From a virus, in the IMG/VR virus record IMGVR_UViG_3300037264_001603, positions 13,321-77,320 of that record: 64,000 bases of DNA. One strand, given 5' to 3'. The position numbers and the translations under genes were made by a program. The notes below the pieces were generated by a model that did not search any database, was not told where the DNA came from, and worked only from the letters and a program-made list of their open reading frames with translations. This document shows positions 37,980 to 47,781 of this stretch, in pieces (within the stretch, counting starts at the first letter, position 1; each line of letters begins with the position of its first letter).

Positions 37980-39839
37980 ATGGCCGACGAAGTAAAGGAC
38001 AGGTTGAACCAGGACCTCAAGAACTCTAAAGTTCTCTCCCATGAGGAAGTTAGGCCCGGTGTTCATGCGATGGAAATTGATGTAGGCCCTAAAGGCAAGC
38101 CTGCCGCAGAGCTAGCTTATCTTGATCCTCGTCGCGGCGATACCAACCCAATGAAGTTCCACGAGGGTGGTCGAGTTATTACCCGCGATTATGTTCGACG
38201 CGTAGACCTGGATCTTTTGAGTGGTAGGCCAGAGGTTACTCGGGCGCAACCACAACAGATTTACCAGCGCGCTATCGATTTCTACAAGGCCAAGGGCCCC
38301 TATGGTACTTGGATTGACACCCTTTCTAACTTTGCATCCAAGGGTTTCAAGAATGACATCGACGACGAAGACATCAAGCTCTTCTATGACACCTGGACTG
38401 AAGAGATCGGTTTCCAGGAGACGGTAGAGAAGATCTTCTTTGATTTCTTTCGCGTGGGAATGGTTCGTACCTTCAAGTTGGTGGGTAAGTTTGACCCCAA
38501 GCTGAAGCCAGAAAATTTTGATTCAGTAGTAGCTCGCCGCAGCCAAGCTAATCTTTCCGAGAGTTCTGAGGACATGAAGAAGCTGATTGCGTATCGAGAT
38601 ATTGCAGCAGCTAAGAAGATTTGGTCCAAGTCCTTTGTCCCCCTGCAGTACACCATCCTCAATCCGGTGCTGATTGAGAGTCGTGGGTCCCTATTGTTCG
38701 ATCAGACTGAAACTTACCTGAAGCCCGAAGCCTTCAAGGAACTATCTGAAGTACTAAAGAATCCTTCCAAAGCCAGCCCGGAACAACGTAAGTTCATTTC
38801 CGCCCTGCCCAAGGAACTCAAGGACGCTATTCGTAAGAACCAACCTGTTCTTCTTCCCGCCGAGTTGGTAGGCAAGTGCGACTATCGACGCCAGGACTAT
38901 GAACGCTATGCGATGCCTAAAGCGGCTAGAATGTTCGATGACATGTTCTACAAGGATAAGCTCAAGGAAGCAGACTATTCCACTTTGGATGGTATCACCA
39001 ATTACATCCTCAAGGTTACTGTGGGTAATGACGAGCATCCCGTAACGACCCAAGCCGAACTGGATTCTATCGCTCGACTATTTGATACTTCCAGCAAGAG
39101 CTTCGATATCGTCTACAACCACACTCTGGAGATCGAGAAGATTACCTTCCCCGAGATTAGCCAGATTCTGGGTGTGTCCAAGTTCGAGCAGGTAAACGAC
39201 GATCTGAGCCAGGCGATTGGAGTTACCCGGGCCCTGTTAGATGGGAACACTACCGGTAATGCTGAAGGTATCAAGGCTGCTCTCAAGGGATTTTCTGAGG
39301 AAGTAAACTACGCTAGACGTCAAATTCGGCGTTGGATCAATAACGAGTACGAAGAAGTTGCTCTGGCTATGGGCTTTGATCGTTATCCAATTGTACGTTT
39401 CGACGAGAACACCCTCAAGGACGAGATCATGATGATGAGCGTCATCCAGGGTATGATCGACCGACGCATCCTCTCCTACGAGACGGGTATCGAGAAGCTA
39501 GGCTTCGACTTCTCCAACGAGTTGGCCAACTTCAAGCAAGAGAAGCCGCTGGTTCAGGACGGTATTCTGGGCATCCTTGGTTCGCCGTACAACATGAAGG
39601 CGATGCCGGCGACCGGCCCGGTTCCGGACAAGGATACTACTGTCGACGGACAGCCTACCACGGTTACCAAGAAGGATCTTACCGACTTCCAGAACAACAT
39701 CCAGAAGATGGTTGAGGAAAACATTCAGAAGGTCCAGCGTACCCCTGTGGGTACTCCGAGCGAGGGCCGCCCCCGAAAGGGACGCGGCAAGCCCCGCCAG
39801 AAGTCCACCACCCCGAACATTAAACCAACAAAACCCTAA
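37980..39839 (+). CDS. portal protein
   Basis: Follows terL; 619 aa; KVTVG clip region; basic C-terminal GRP tail. Confidence 0.8.
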   Translation: MADEVKDRLNQDLKNSKVLSHEEVRPGVHAMEIDVGPKGKPAAELAYLDPRRGDTNPMKFHEGGRVITRDYVRRVDLDLLSGRPEVTRAQPQQIYQRAIDFYKAKGPYGTWIDTLSNFASKGFKNDIDDEDIKLFYDTWTEEIGFQETVEKIFFDFFRVGMVRTFKLVGKFDPKLKPENFDSVVARRSQANLSESSEDMKKLIAYRDIAAAKKIWSKSFVPLQYTILNPVLIESRGSLLFDQTETYLKPEAFKELSEVLKNPSKASPEQRKFISALPKELKDAIRKNQPVLLPAELVGKCDYRRQDYERYAMPKAARMFDDMFYKDKLKEADYSTLDGITNYILKVTVGNDEHPVTTQAELDSIARLFDTSSKSFDIVYNHTLEIEKITFPEISQILGVSKFEQVNDDLSQAIGVTRALLDGNTTGNAEGIKAALKGFSEEVNYARRQIRRWINNEYEEVALAMGFDRYPIVRFDENTLKDEIMMMSVIQGMIDRRILSYETGIEKLGFDFSNELANFKQEKPLVQDGILGILGSPYNMKAMPATGPVPDKDTTVDGQPTTVTKKDLTDFQNNIQKMVEENIQKVQRTPVGTPSEGRPRKGRGKPRQKSTTPNIKPTKP

Positions 39840-39875
39840 CCGAGGTTAGGTAATTCTACGGAGGGTTAGCAAACC

Positions 39876-42164
39876 ATGACTACAAAAGACGTAGGCAAGA
39901 ACGCCGCAAAGAGCCTACTCGAAGAAGTTCGAGAGCTTGCTCTAGTTGTAGGCGAAGATTGTCCAGAAGGGCATCGCAAAGATCCTGGCAGCGGAAGATG
40001 CTTGCCAATGGGCGGACAAGACCACACACGATTCACGCGAAGCGTCAATAATGATGACGGCCCACAGTGGCGCGGAGAGGTCGATAAGACCAATACCACC
40101 TTTGCTTCCCAGAAAGAAGTGGCCCTTGACGCAGATGATATGGACGAACCACAAAGTTGTGCTGCCGGCACGACTTTTTCTTTTGTGCAGAGAAAATGCG
40201 TTTCCCTAGAGGAAGCCGAAGCGGAAGATAACGGAGACCTTGCGTTCGTAGAGGAAGAGGTAGCGGTGCAGCCTGAAGGCCGTCGCGATACTCCTAATCA
40301 CGCATGCCCGGCCAACCAGTTCTTCGATTTCAAGCGCCGCGAGTGCATCCCTCTAAACAAGGATACTGTATTGGCATCTGAGGATGTGGACGATGAGTTC
40401 AAGAAGGTGGTAGCTACTTACTTGTCGGGACGACTAGGAGTAACCTCCCCTGATCCTATTGATGGCCACAAGCATTTGGTTACAGTAGACACCGAAGGGA
40501 GTGGTAAGTCTTCCGTTTCTTCTAGCTATCATGGGGCGGAGTCTTACTATCATTCCCATGATGTAGAAGGTTATCTAGTTCAGGATTACAAGAAAGGCGA
40601 CTACCTCTCTCAGCACTTTGGACACGTTATTCCCAAGGAAATGTGGGAGCACGAGGACCACAGTTCAGACGCGGTTCCGGGCACGGCTGTGCCAGTTGCC
40701 GCCGAAGAAGCCAAGGAACTGCGCTCCAAGCAGCGAAACGCTCTTCCGGACAGCTCCTTTGGAGTTCCCGGTAAGAGGAAGTTCCCGCTAAACGACTGCG
40801 GGCATGTGCGCAATGCCATGGCTCGTTTCAATCAGGCCAAGGGCCTGACTTCCGGCGAGAAGGCGACTCTCCGCCGAAAGATCCTATCCCGGGCCAACGC
40901 CTGTGGAATCAAAGTCACCAGCTTCGGTAAGGCAAATACTGCAGAGGAGTTTGCCGCCGTCGTACAGGAGCTAATAGCAATGGAAACTCCAACCGAGACC
41001 CCTGTAGAGACTACAGAAACCGCTGAACGAATGAAGACATATGAGGCCGCAGCCCCGTACGCGGGACCTTGTCCTCCCGGAATGGTGTGGGATAAGATGG
41101 CCAAGAAGTGCTCCAAGGTTAGAGGTTTTGTAGAGGAACTGGCCAACCATTCTGAAATCGTTAGCAAGCAGCCAGAAGGCCGCCGAGACCCCGTTGGTTT
41201 CCAGTGCCCCGCTGGCAGCTTCTTTGACTTTACGGATCGCAAGTGTGTTCCTCTTGATCCTTCCAAGAAGCCTGGTACTACAACTACTAAGGCCAATGAG
41301 GAAGAGGATGCCGCAAAGAACAACCTCTCCCCGGGTCCCGCAGGTCAGCCTGCTCGTCTTCCCCAGGATTGCCCAGCCGGTACTATTTGGGATGGCGATC
41401 TACGAACTTGCAAGCCTTTAGACAGCAGCAAGAAGACCAAGTCCGCTGAGGAAGAGGCTGCATTGCCGGACTTCCTGAAAAAGATGATGGAGAAGAAAAA
41501 GAACAAGAAGGCCAAGTCTGAAGAGGAAGAGTCCCAGAGTACTTCTAACGGCCCCGGTAATAAGGGTGGCCCCGGTTGCCCTGAAGGCCAGTTCATGAAT
41601 CCTGTTACTAAGAAGTGCATGCCTCGCAAGGGTGCCTTCAAGGGGAAGAGTGAGACTGAGACCGCAGGACGCGAAGGCCTAACGACTGAAGTTCCGGGTA
41701 AGGTAAAGCTTCCCCAGGATTGCCCAGATGGTACCATTTGGGATGGCAACCGCCGCACCTGCACCCCACTAGATCCTAGCGACAAGAACCGCCCTAGCGG
41801 TAGTTCTGGTCCGATGAATCCCAAGAGTGTGGCTTCTCTATCCACCGCACAGTTGATTCAGGCGCTGGATGAGATTCTCAAGGAGCAGGGTGCCAAGGAG
41901 AAGAGTAGGGTTGTAGCCAAGTCTCTTCCCAACGCCGCGTTTCCTCCCTCCCTCGTCAGCGCTGCTCACCGCGCTTTGATGCATCACAATCCAGACGTTA
42001 CAGATCCCTATGATAACGCATCGGTTGATGTGGCCCGCCTGCGCAATGCTCTTTACCGCTCAGGCAAGGTAGAAGGTTTCTCGGATAAGGCTGTTGAGGA
42101 TGGAATTGAACATCTTCTCTTCCACGCCCGCGAGATCGTAGAGGCCCGAACAAAAAAAGACTAA
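39876..42164 (+). CDS. Cys-repeat head-associated protein (C-x12-C repeats, DUF6582-like segment); -1 frameshift extension to 42613
   Basis: 8 C-x12-C (CPxGxxF/WD-like) repeats; LPDSSFGVPGKRKFPL..GHVRNAMARFNQ. Confidence 0.7.
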   Translation: MTTKDVGKNAAKSLLEEVRELALVVGEDCPEGHRKDPGSGRCLPMGGQDHTRFTRSVNNDDGPQWRGEVDKTNTTFASQKEVALDADDMDEPQSCAAGTTFSFVQRKCVSLEEAEAEDNGDLAFVEEEVAVQPEGRRDTPNHACPANQFFDFKRRECIPLNKDTVLASEDVDDEFKKVVATYLSGRLGVTSPDPIDGHKHLVTVDTEGSGKSSVSSSYHGAESYYHSHDVEGYLVQDYKKGDYLSQHFGHVIPKEMWEHEDHSSDAVPGTAVPVAAEEAKELRSKQRNALPDSSFGVPGKRKFPLNDCGHVRNAMARFNQAKGLTSGEKATLRRKILSRANACGIKVTSFGKANTAEEFAAVVQELIAMETPTETPVETTETAERMKTYEAAAPYAGPCPPGMVWDKMAKKCSKVRGFVEELANHSEIVSKQPEGRRDPVGFQCPAGSFFDFTDRKCVPLDPSKKPGTTTTKANEEEDAAKNNLSPGPAGQPARLPQDCPAGTIWDGDLRTCKPLDSSKKTKSAEEEAALPDFLKKMMEKKKNKKAKSEEEESQSTSNGPGNKGGPGCPEGQFMNPVTKKCMPRKGAFKGKSETETAGREGLTTEVPGKVKLPQDCPDGTIWDGNRRTCTPLDPSDKNRPSGSSGPMNPKSVASLSTAQLIQALDEILKEQGAKEKSRVVAKSLPNAAFPPSLVSAAHRALMHHNPDVTDPYDNASVDVARLRNALYRSGKVEGFSDKAVEDGIEHLLFHAREIVEARTKKD

Positions 42165-42216
42165 GCGGATGGATTGATGAAGGTCAGATTACCAACCCCG
42201 CTGAGTTTCATCCGCT
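42152..42216 (+). other. candidate programmed -1 ribosomal frameshift signal
   Basis: In-frame A AAA AAA (42152-42158), 5-nt spacer, stem AGCGGATGGA/TTCATCCGCT; -1 frame open to 42613. Confidence 0.7.
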
Positions 42217-42613
42217 GTGCCAACCCCAGGAAGTGTTTGATCCCAAGTCCGGCTCTTGCATCCCCGTCACTAATGTGAAGGGAGCTGATCCAGCGGGTAC
42301 GCTGGAATGTCCGCCGGGCTACGTCCTGGACGAAAGTTTGGGCATGTGTCGTCCGGACGATCCGGTGAACACGGCGTCTATGTCTTCAGGAGATAACTTT
42401 GTTCGATTGGAAGATATTCCTAAAGAATTGAGACCCGACCCTAAGAAGGTCAATAAGAAGAAAGAGACAGCTGCCCCCTTCAGACCTGACGCTAAAATGG
42501 AACGCTGCATTCGTGATGTAAAAGCCAATTTGGGTAACAAGAATCCCAAATTCAAAGGACAATCTGTTAAGAGTGCAGCGATAGCAATTTGTAGATCGCG
42601 CCTCAAAGAATAG
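42158..42613 (+). CDS. -1 frame extension of the Cys-repeat protein
   Basis: Two more repeats (CQPQEVFDPKSGSC, CPPGYVLDESLGMC); the first begins upstream of the GTG at 42233. Confidence 0.65.
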   Translation, partial: RLSGWIDEGQITNPAEFHPLCQPQEVFDPKSGSCIPVTNVKGADPAGTLECPPGYVLDESLGMCRPDDPVNTASMSSGDNFVRLEDIPKELRPDPKKVNKKKETAAPFRPDAKMERCIRDVKANLGNKNPKFKGQSVKSAAIAICRSRLKE

Positions 42614-42623
42614 GAGGTAGCCG

Positions 42624-42893
42624 ATGTGGGATTTTTTTCTCGAACTTCTAAAGACACATGGGCTACTAGCGGTGATCGAGGTTGCGGAAGCCCTCGTAAT
42701 AGTTTATCTTTTTAGAGAGTCGCAGAAGAAGGATAAAGAGGTCCGCACTCTCAACGATAAACTTCTGGCCCAGTCGGAGAAGCGTTTAGAAGATGCATTA
42801 GAAGAAAAGGAATCCTACGAGGAGCTTGCTCGTGGGTTGGATAGATCCATAGACTTGCTAATCAAGGTATTCAAGAAGCAAAACGGAGATTAG
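42624..42893 (+). CDS. small membrane protein, holin-like
   Basis: N-terminal TM segment followed by a coiled coil; AGGAGGT RBS. Confidence 0.5.
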   Translation: MWDFFLELLKTHGLLAVIEVAEALVIVYLFRESQKKDKEVRTLNDKLLAQSEKRLEDALEEKESYEELARGLDRSIDLLIKVFKKQNGD

Positions 42894-42894
42894 T

Positions 42895-43119
42895 ATGGCC
42901 CAAACAGCTCTACAGGAGGTAGAAACTTCCATGAAGAAGATTCTAGACCAGCGTAATGCCGACGTCGAGAAGGTTAAGGCCGCTAAGAAAGTGCGCCGAA
43001 AGAATACCATCAAGAATTTGGATTCCTTATGCGAATTGATTCAGAACGGGGACCACAAACATGACTCAGAAGAGGCAAAAGCCGAGGCCCTCCCCGAGCC
43101 TCAACCCCTGGTAAGTTAG
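42895..43119 (+). CDS. hypothetical protein
   Basis: 74 aa, GGAG RBS. Confidence 0.55.
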   Translation: MAQTALQEVETSMKKILDQRNADVEKVKAAKKVRRKNTIKNLDSLCELIQNGDHKHDSEEAKAEALPEPQPLVS

Positions 43120-43125
43120 GAGGAC

Positions 43126-44502
43126 ATGATGACAACAGAGAACAAGGTCAGAGTCTATGCTCCGATTCAAGTCCAGCAGGAAGTGGAGCTGGCAGCAGCG
43201 GAGAAAGCGGCAGTTCTAACTTTTCCAGACGAAAAACAGGGCGATCTTCAGTATATTCGCTCCATTCTAGTATCTGCCGGTACTAACAAGAACGGTGCCC
43301 ATTTCTTGCCTTCCGAGATGATGCGGGCACACAATACCATCGTGCATAAGGCTATTGATATTGAGCACGAAGAGGATAAGGTTATTGGGCATATCTACGA
43401 ATGTGCTTTCCTCTACAAGGATGGTTCCCAGTTTGATCCGACCAAGGTAATGGCGGAGTTCCAGGAAACCTCCAAGAATCCTGATGATCTTGATATGGAC
43501 ATTGCTGTAGCGGGTGTGATACACAAGATGCGGTTCCCACAGTTGGCCGAAGAGATTTTCAAGGGCGACTGGAAGGTCAGCATGGAATGCTACTTCAAGG
43601 ATTTCGATATCAAGATTGGCAATCAGATCATTACTCGGTCCGAAGCGCAGGCTTTGGGCTATAACCCCGACGACCTCATCGGGGGCTTTGTAAAGGTAGT
43701 CGCTGGTACGAAGGCGCTAGGCAAGCACTTCGTTGCCCGAGTACTTCGAAACATTACCTTCAGTGGTATGGGTATCGTCAAGAACCCAGCCAACCCCCAC
43801 TCCATCATTATGGAAACTGCTGCTCATCGTGAGCAACTGGAAAAGGGAGAGCAGGTAGTTGATTTGGAGCACATCGATAACCTCCGAGGTCATAAAATCG
43901 AACTCTCTTCCGCAAAGGAAGATGAGCCAAAGGAGAAGGCTGCTGCCGTAAAGGTGGTCTCCGAAGATGGAACTATGCAAGCAGAAGAGCAAATCTACAT
44001 CGAATTAGACAACGAAACCGGCGGCATCAAGCGCGTACTTACCGTTGGCGGTAAGGAAGACGCAGGTCTTCGCTGGTCTGGCCCTGGTACTGGTGGGCCT
44101 GGCAGCATTACCTCTTATCCTGATGAGCTTTGTAAGAGCTTCAAGAAGAGAGTAACCAAGTTCAATGCATTGGATCAGTCCGAGGCACAGGTAGTTCATG
44201 AGCACTGGTGTGCTCTGTTCGAAGAGTCCTGCCCGGTTATTGGTGCTACGGCCAAGGCCCCGGAATGTCTACGCAACGTTCGTAACCGAACTACGCGGGA
44301 CGAGGCTGATAACACTCTGACCAAGACGGTACGGGACCATGTTTCCAAGGGACCGGCCAACACTTTCACTACGACCCTGCACCAGCAATCTGCTTCTACC
44401 GGAGATCGCAAGGAGCAGGTGTCTCGTATCCGTACAGAAGCAGAAGCACTTAGAAATTCTCTTCGATCTTTTGTTGCGGCCGAAAAAAAAACTTTAGAAT
44501 AA
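43126..44502 (+). CDS. prohead (capsid maturation) serine protease; -1 extension to 44819
   Basis: NKNG..F, IDIEH..VIGH, VSMEC catalytic Ser, FSGMGIVKNPA. Confidence 0.8.
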   Translation: MMTTENKVRVYAPIQVQQEVELAAAEKAAVLTFPDEKQGDLQYIRSILVSAGTNKNGAHFLPSEMMRAHNTIVHKAIDIEHEEDKVIGHIYECAFLYKDGSQFDPTKVMAEFQETSKNPDDLDMDIAVAGVIHKMRFPQLAEEIFKGDWKVSMECYFKDFDIKIGNQIITRSEAQALGYNPDDLIGGFVKVVAGTKALGKHFVARVLRNITFSGMGIVKNPANPHSIIMETAAHREQLEKGEQVVDLEHIDNLRGHKIELSSAKEDEPKEKAAAVKVVSEDGTMQAEEQIYIELDNETGGIKRVLTVGGKEDAGLRWSGPGTGGPGSITSYPDELCKSFKKRVTKFNALDQSEAQVVHEHWCALFEESCPVIGATAKAPECLRNVRNRTTRDEADNTLTKTVRDHVSKGPANTFTTTLHQQSASTGDRKEQVSRIRTEAEALRNSLRSFVAAEKKTLE

Positions 44503-44819
44503 TCAGTGAGCCAATTGAGGCTTCCTCAGTCATAGCTTCGAACAAGGTAGTAAGATACAAGAGTAAGGCGGATGCATTCAAGACCGCTCACGCCTTAGAG
44601 CCCTCCGCAGAGAGGGAGAAGGTGGAAGGTTTCGTTCTTTTCGTTGGAGCCGGTCCAGACGTACTAGAGGCCGGTACCGATCGCGAAGCTGCGATTGAGA
44701 GGGCCGTGGAAATTCTCAATGAGAATGACACGGTCGTTTTCCTATCGAAACTTCAATCCAAATTTGGCCAAGTATACGTAACTAAAGATCAGCTGATGCT
44801 AGTAAGGAAATCAGAATAA
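44483..44819 (+). other. candidate -1 frameshift/slippage site (A9) and 109-aa extension
   Basis: GAA AAA AAA ACT TTA GAA TAA; -1 frame open from 44490 to 44819. Confidence 0.55.
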
Positions 44820-44832
44820 GGAGGAACGCAAA

Positions 44833-45045
44833 ATGGCAAAGCCGGATATTCAAGCGTCGTTCATCACTGCTTCTGGTACCCTATATCGTGATAAAGGTAA
44901 GCTTGGGCTCGAAGATAAAGGCCCGATTACCGGGAAAGCTCTCGGGGCTCTCAACTTTGCTAACGATGGCGCTGCCGCCCTCGGTGGCGTTCGCGTAGGC
45001 GAACTTTATCACAACGCAGGTGCAGTGAGAATCCGACTAGTCTAA
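44833..45045 (+). CDS. small virion-type protein
   Basis: FANDGAAALGGVRVGELYHN..AVRIR motif seen at phage fibre termini; AGGAGG RBS. Confidence 0.55.
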   Translation: MAKPDIQASFITASGTLYRDKGKLGLEDKGPITGKALGALNFANDGAAALGGVRVGELYHNAGAVRIRLV

Positions 45046-45213
45046 CTAGTCTAGGTTTAACCGTATTAGTGTGTTGACTACACTTTAGTCAAGGATTGCT
45101 TTTACAAGGGACACGGAGTAGATGAGAGGAAGTGTGACACAAAGAGCACACACGTTTGAAGCTCGTCGGGGGACGAGATACAAACAGAATCCTGATAAGG
45201 AGGAAAAGCCGAT

Positions 45214-46098
45214 ATGACAGACCTAAACAAGGAAGAGTTCAACGCAGCTGTCCAGGCTGAAGTCGAGAGAATTCTTTCCTCCAAAGAGGAAGCTCAGGCT
45301 CGTGCTGAGGCTGAGACTGCCCTAAAAGAGGCTAAGGAAACCTTCGAGACCTTGAAGGCATCGCTAGAGGCAAAAGATGCCAAGATCAAGGAATACGAAG
45401 AGGCCCTTGCTGTTCTCGACAATTCAGAGCCGACTGATGCTGAAGTCGCAACCAATGAGAAGATCGTGGCCCTTGAGGCAGAGCTTGCTGATTGGAAGCA
45501 CAAGGCAGAAGTAACACAGGCTGCCCTTGATACACTCGCTCGTGAGGAGACTGCGGCCGGACGTATGTCCGCACTGGAAGAAGACGGCGTCGCCCTTGAT
45601 GACGAAGCCGCCGAAGTACAGTACGCCAAGATCCGAGACATGTCGGATGAGGCATTCGCATCTTACAAGAGTGAGCTTGTTGCTCTAAAGACTAAGTACG
45701 CCTCCTCTTCAGAAGAAGAAGGAGAAGAGGAAATCGAGGTTAACAAACTGTCCGCACAGGAAGTTAGCTCAATTGCTCAAAGCCTAGGGTGTGACCCGGC
45801 TGACTCCAAATGCATTTCCCTCGTCAACGAAGTGGCACAAAAGGTCGCTGAAGTTTCTAAGAATCGACGCACCCCTGCCGCTGTAGAAGAGACCCCGGTT
45901 GTTACCGAGGAAGCTTCGCAGGAGACGGTGGAAGAGCCAAAGAAGGAGACCGCTTCTACCAAGAAGATGTCTCTGGGAGAGGCAATTACTCGATCTATGA
46001 ATCAAGAGATTCGCGCAAGCGCATCTCTGAAGGAAGAAATGTCCCAAGCATGGGAGGAGTACATCGCTGAAAAGCGAGGTAAGAAAAAGTCAAACTAA
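45214..46098 (+). CDS. capsid scaffolding protein
   Basis: Acidic coiled coil between the protease and capsid genes. Confidence 0.7.
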   Translation: MTDLNKEEFNAAVQAEVERILSSKEEAQARAEAETALKEAKETFETLKASLEAKDAKIKEYEEALAVLDNSEPTDAEVATNEKIVALEAELADWKHKAEVTQAALDTLAREETAAGRMSALEEDGVALDDEAAEVQYAKIRDMSDEAFASYKSELVALKTKYASSSEEEGEEEIEVNKLSAQEVSSIAQSLGCDPADSKCISLVNEVAQKVAEVSKNRRTPAAVEETPVVTEEASQETVEEPKKETASTKKMSLGEAITRSMNQEIRASASLKEEMSQAWEEYIAEKRGKKKSN

Positions 46099-46112
46099 GG
46101 AGGTACTAACAC

Positions 46113-46583
46113 ATGGTGTTCATCCCACGAGACCCTGTTGTTCAGAACCAATTCCTTGTTCATGATACGAGCAAGGGTGACGGTACTGAATCCGCAGGTT
46201 GTGTGGTTTATCTTTCGGGAGATCAGCTTGTAGCGTGTGTAAGTGGTTCTGGCAATGCCCCGTACGGGTTTCTTATGCAGAACGTCAAGGCCGAGTCCTC
46301 CGCACATCCGACAGGTTTCCGACTCCCAGGCGATCTGGGCAGCTCTGATGCCTTTAGTGGCGATCCTGTTGCGGTTGCTCACCTTGGTGTTTATGACACC
46401 ACTTTCTATGTTTCCGCGGCTTATACAGCTGGCACGAATTTGACCGTTGGACCTAATGGTAAAGTATGCCCCACGGGCAACGGAGCCCAGGTCAATTCGA
46501 CGGTAGTAGGCGTTGCGCAAAATTCCCTGACTGCTGCTCAAGCAGCTGCAGGCGAAAAACTGCGAGTCAAACTCTCAGTCTAA
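46113..46583 (+). CDS. head decoration/cement protein
   Basis: G/A/V-rich 156 aa directly upstream of the MCP. Confidence 0.65.
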   Translation: MVFIPRDPVVQNQFLVHDTSKGDGTESAGCVVYLSGDQLVACVSGSGNAPYGFLMQNVKAESSAHPTGFRLPGDLGSSDAFSGDPVAVAHLGVYDTTFYVSAAYTAGTNLTVGPNGKVCPTGNGAQVNSTVVGVAQNSLTAAQAAAGEKLRVKLSV

Positions 46584-46602
46584 CCCAAAGGAGGAAATTG
46601 TC

Positions 46603-47670
46603 ATGGACAAGCAAAAGCTTGCTGAACTTTTTAAGGCAACTGCTGCATTTGACACTCCTGAGGGTGTCGAAGCATACAAGGCCTTCGCACAGGCACTAAC
46701 CGTGCCCATTCTCCAGGAAATTCGAGACGCATCCATTATGCGACAGCTCTTCGCTGTTGAGCGACTCGCTCCTGGTGCTCAGGCCGTCTATCCAGTTGCT
46801 GACGACTTCGAGGTACCGGTGTTCGTTCTACCTGGCCTCGGATACATCGCACAGAACTTCGTCGAAGGTGTTGGTGAGGAAGTATACGTTCCTACCTTCT
46901 CCATCTCTGCATCCGCAGACTGGAAGGTAACCTACGCCCGAGATTCCCGCATTGACATTCCGGAGAGAGCAGCCCGCAATACTGCTCGTGCAATTGCAGA
47001 CTTCGAGGAAGAGTCCGGTTGGCGCGTAATCGTGCCCGGCGGTACTACTAACTTCTCGGGTCAGGGTCTTCTCGGCCCACGCAATGCTCCGATTTATCAG
47101 GTTCCTGCCGGTGCAACCGGTGAGAAGTTCCTTTCCAAGGAATTGATCAACCTGATGATGGTCGGTATGAAGCGAGTTCGCCGATCCCTAACTGATCTCT
47201 ACATCTCCCCTGAGGACGCCGCTGACATTCGTGAGTGGACTGATACCCAGGTCGATCCTATCACCCGCCGAGAGATTTTCCAGGCTGCTGGTATGGGTAC
47301 GGTTTGGAACGTCAATCTCCACGAGGTCTTCCAACTCGGTGCCACTGGTCGATTCAACATCAATCAGAACGGTGCTTCGTTTGGTATCTTCCAGGTTGAT
47401 GGCGCTGGCGATTTCAACGACTATTCCCCAACCAACATTAACACTGTTGACGCGAATGGTAACGTTACCACCGCTGGTGAGACTCAGGTTTGGGGTTTCG
47501 ATCTCTCTGTTAATGACTCTCTCGTCATGCCTATTCGCAAGGAGTACGAGGCCCACGACGATCCGACTCTTCTACGACAGCAGAAGCAAGGTTTCTTCGG
47601 CTGGGAGGAAGTTGGTTTCGCTCTACTCGATTCTCGAATGGTATCTCTTGGTGTCATCGACCGATCGTAA
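46603..47670 (+). CDS. major capsid protein (HK97-fold, inferred)
   Basis: 355 aa; strong codon bias; position; RQLFAVE.L, VYVPTF, C-terminal GFFGWEEVGF; followed by a terminator. Confidence 0.85.
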   Translation: MDKQKLAELFKATAAFDTPEGVEAYKAFAQALTVPILQEIRDASIMRQLFAVERLAPGAQAVYPVADDFEVPVFVLPGLGYIAQNFVEGVGEEVYVPTFSISASADWKVTYARDSRIDIPERAARNTARAIADFEEESGWRVIVPGGTTNFSGQGLLGPRNAPIYQVPAGATGEKFLSKELINLMMVGMKRVRRSLTDLYISPEDAADIREWTDTQVDPITRREIFQAAGMGTVWNVNLHEVFQLGATGRFNINQNGASFGIFQVDGAGDFNDYSPTNINTVDANGNVTTAGETQVWGFDLSVNDSLVMPIRKEYEAHDDPTLLRQQKQGFFGWEEVGFALLDSRMVSLGVIDRS

Positions 47671-47744
47671 TCTCATTTCATCCTTTAGGGAGGGGGTGGA
47701 AACGCCCCCTCCCTCTGGGAGCAAGTATATGGGGTCGCTACTTT

Positions 47745-47781
47745 ACCGATAGGGATTCGGCATGACCCCTATCGGTTTTTT
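47745..47781 (+). terminator. intrinsic terminator after the MCP gene
   Basis: ACCGATAGGG/CCCTATCGGT stem followed by TTTTT; preceded by a hairpin at 47687-47714. Confidence 0.7.

Noticed and set aside
35377-45213. TTAACC upstream of terS and the scaffold gene as a late promoter
   Set aside because: Only a 6-mer in 2-3 places with inconsistent downstream sequence; insufficient support.
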